DNA from: Geosiphon pyriformis uo1
Taxonomy: Eukaryota; Fungi; Glomeromycota
Assembly (NCBI GenBank): GCA_016748015.1
Contig: JAAOMT010000786.1
Location: forward strand, 193,903-257,902
Direction: 5' to 3'
DNA length: 64,000 nt
Shown here: positions 61,331 to 64,000 of the stretch, one piece after another
Layout: every line of letters starts with the position of its first letter
How positions within the stretch are numbered: position 1 is the first letter of the stretch
Translations under genes and position numbers: made by a program
The notes under the pieces: generated by a model
What the model saw: the letters and a program-made list of their open reading frames with translations, nothing else
The model's database searches: none
What the model was told of the DNA's origin: nothing

Positions 61331-64000
61331 TTAATATTGTCTCATTCTTAAGAGGCTATCAACATTAGTGTGTAGTTTTCCTGGTTTGTGATGTATAATG
61401 TATTGGTAATCTGTTAGAAAGTCATTCTATCGAGACTGTTTGGCACTTTGTTCAGTTTTCTTTTTATTAAGCCATTTGAGGCCAATATTGTCAGTTATTA
61501 TGTCAAATTTTTTTCCATTCTTTAGGTATTGTTGAAAGTGTTTGAAAGCCCAGATGACTGTAGCGGCTTCCAGTTCAGTTGAGCCATATTTGAGTTCTGT
61601 TGGCTTGAATGTTCTGCTGGCATAAGCAATAACTTGTTTCTGGCCATTTTCATCCAATTGTGATAAGATGGCACCAAATGCTATGTGTGAAGCATCAGTG
61701 GCTAATTGAAATCATTTGTTGAAGTCTGGGTAAGCAAGAACTGGGGCTGTTGTCAATTTTGTTTTGAGAGTTTCAAAAGCTTTTTGTTGTTCTTTAATCC
61801 ATTTGTATGATATGTTTTTGTTGGTAAGATAATTGAGTGGTTTAGCAATTTCTAAGAATCTTTTTATGAATTTTCGATAGTAAGAGCCTAATCCTACAAA
61901 TCCTCTTAGTTCTGTAGTATTTTTGGAAGTTTGAAAGTTTTTGACAGCACTGATTGTTCCTGGATTTGGTTTGACTCCATTTTTACTAATTATGTGTCCA
62001 AGAAAGATCAAGCTTGTTTTTCCAAAGTGACATTTCTCAATGTTTAACTTTAATCCTGCTTTCCGTAATTGTTGAAAAACTTCTCGCAGGTGAATAAGAT
62101 AAGTCTCAAAGCTTGGTGAGTATACATCAGTGTCATCAAGATAGACAACTATTGATTGCCACAAGAGTCCTTTATATACAACATCTATAAGACACTGAAA
62201 TGTTGCTGGTGCATTGCAGAGTCCAAAAGGCATAACATTGAACTCATAGTTTCCTCCCTGGATGGTAAATGCTGTTTTGGGTCGATTTTTTGGGTCTATT
62301 TCGACTTGCCAGTATCCATTTTCCAAGTCTAGAGTTGAGAAGAACTTGGCTTTTCCTAGAGCATCTAGCATGTCATCAATTCTTGGAAGAGGGTAGACAT
62401 CTCCAATTGTAACACTATTCAGTTGTCTATAATTAACACAGAATTTGATTTTTCCATTTTTTTTTTAACTAAAACTATTGGTGAGGCCCAAAGACTTCTT
62501 GATGGTTGAATCAATCCATTATTGAGCATTCTTTGGACCTCTTCTCTGATGAATTGGTGGCTGGCAGGTGGTACTTGATAAGCTTGTTGACATTTTGGTG
62601 GAGCATCTCCTGTATGGATCTGATGTTGAACAATATCCGTTTTTTCTAAGTCATTGTTGTCTTTTGCAAATATATCTGTAAATTCAGCTATCAATTGTTT
62701 CAATTGTCTTTGTTGTTGAGATTCTAAGGGATTTATGTTGATTCAAGAAAATTTTTTCTCCAAAAAGTGGTAGTTTTCAGTAGTGGGAATGATATTTGGA
62801 TTTGGGAGTAGAGTGTGCCTTACAATTTCGATGAAATTAGAGACAATTTGAGGGTTTTCATTTTGAAAAATATTGCTGTGTATGATTCTAATCTCTAGTT
62901 TGTTTAATAAGACAATAGGGTAATTATTGGGGTTGTAGAATGTAACTTGAATTTTTTTCATTCCTTTGGGAATATAAACGTTTAGAATTAAGATTTCATG
63001 CTTCAAACAGATTTGTTCATTGGATTCAAAGATTTGTTGTATAGTGGTGGGTTTTGAGCAAGTGTAAATTTCGTGATGTTCTTCAAAAGGTGAAATGGTA
63101 ATTGGCTGGGAAAGTTGAAGAATCTGGTAAGATTTATTTTGTGTATTAAGAGCTATGTTTACTGGAACTGTAAATTGTCTAGTTGAACCAAAACTTTGAG
63201 TTCCTCTTTCACTTTTTCCCAATTGTTCTTTGTTGTTTACTAATTGTAAACCCGAAATGTTGATTAAGGGTAAGTAGATTGCTTGAGCAATTTTTTTAGC
63301 ATGTTCAATTTTGAATAGTTTGTCTGTTTCATTCTGCAACATAATAGTAATGTCTCCAGTGTATTCTGTATCTATAACTCCTCCTCTAATATTGATTCTT
63401 TTGCTTGCCAATGATGATCTGGAGGCAATTTGAATCATTACTCCTGGTGGAATTTCAAGAGCAATTTTGAGATTGATTTTTGTCAAGGACTTTGGTTGAA
63501 GAACCAAAGTATCTTTTCCTGGGTATCTTAAGTTATATCCAGCATCAATTTTGTGTGCTTTTTCTGGTCTGATTCTTTGGCCATGATTGTCAAAATATTT
63601 AAGTTGTAGAGATGGTTGTTTTTCAAGAAGATAGATGGGAGTGGTTGGTAGTTCTTCTACTAGTTCAGATACTCCAAATTCGATTTCATTTTCATCATTC
63701 CCATCTGGCAGAGGAATGCTAAAAGCATAACATTCTAAACACTATTGGTCATTACAAGGCATAACACATTCTTCACACAATTGAATGTTCATTTGCTCTA
63801 ATTATTGAATTTGAGCTTCTTTGGTCGGATATATGTGGCTTGTAATTTGGTGGTAGGTTTCTACTTTATCTTTATAATCAAATCCAGCTAATTCTATGGT
63901 ATACTCAATATATTCAGCTTCTTTCATTTGGTGGACATCTTTTTGGGTGGCTCTATTAATCAATGCCATTGCTAAATCAAAAATTATTTCAGCATCATGA
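61331..64000 (-). pseudogene. H pol: Cys-rich, dUTPase, dUTPase-like, RT, RNase H
   Basis: ORF 62743-63507 has RSSLA, GGVIDTEYTGDI, KIAQ and RGTQSFGST. ORF 61712-62371 has MPFGLCNAPATFQ and YLDD. Confidence 0.94.

Larger units (their letters stand above)
58099..64000 (-). mobile_element. Gypsy element H (family A, dUTPase-bearing), inserted in F gag; runs off the right edge
   Basis: 3' LTR 58099-59038, PPT AAGGAGAAGA, ORF3, IN, RH, RT (YLDD), dUTPase, Cys-rich region. Confidence 0.95.

Overview
This is an AT-rich eukaryotic window with no host gene, rRNA, tRNA or CRISPR array; essentially all 64 kb is retroelement or retroelement relic. The repeats resemble, from memory and unverified, those of Glomeromycotina fungi such as Geosiphon. 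Bases 1-20.3 kb hold four non-LTR retrotransposon (LINE) copies (ORF1 with RRM/CCHC; ORF2 APE-RT-RNaseH-Zn finger) plus a 37-bp LINE micro-insertion, all inside almost fully decayed 'ghost' repeats. Bases 20.7-64 kb are a nest of non-chromovirus Ty3/Gypsy LTR elements, labelled here A/A2/H, B/D, C/F, E and G, with solo LTRs and 4-bp TSDs. From 29.6 kb onward the nest is three levels deep: A2 contains F, and F contains B, solo E, solo D2, G and H. All ORFs are broken by C->T/G->A transitions, including outside CpG. The most notable result is an unusual organisation shared by these Gypsy elements. Pol stops 4 codons after the RNase H 'LSR' motif and integrase starts at its own ATG in all four families where the junction is visible. 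A conserved non-Env ORF3 follows integrase in five families. Three families carry a Cys-rich insert, a dUTPase and a degenerate dUTPase-like domain between PR and RT. The LTRs share a covarying three-way-junction RNA motif and a palindromic-loop hairpin. There is a 20-N assembly gap at 54746-54765. All alignments were done by eye.
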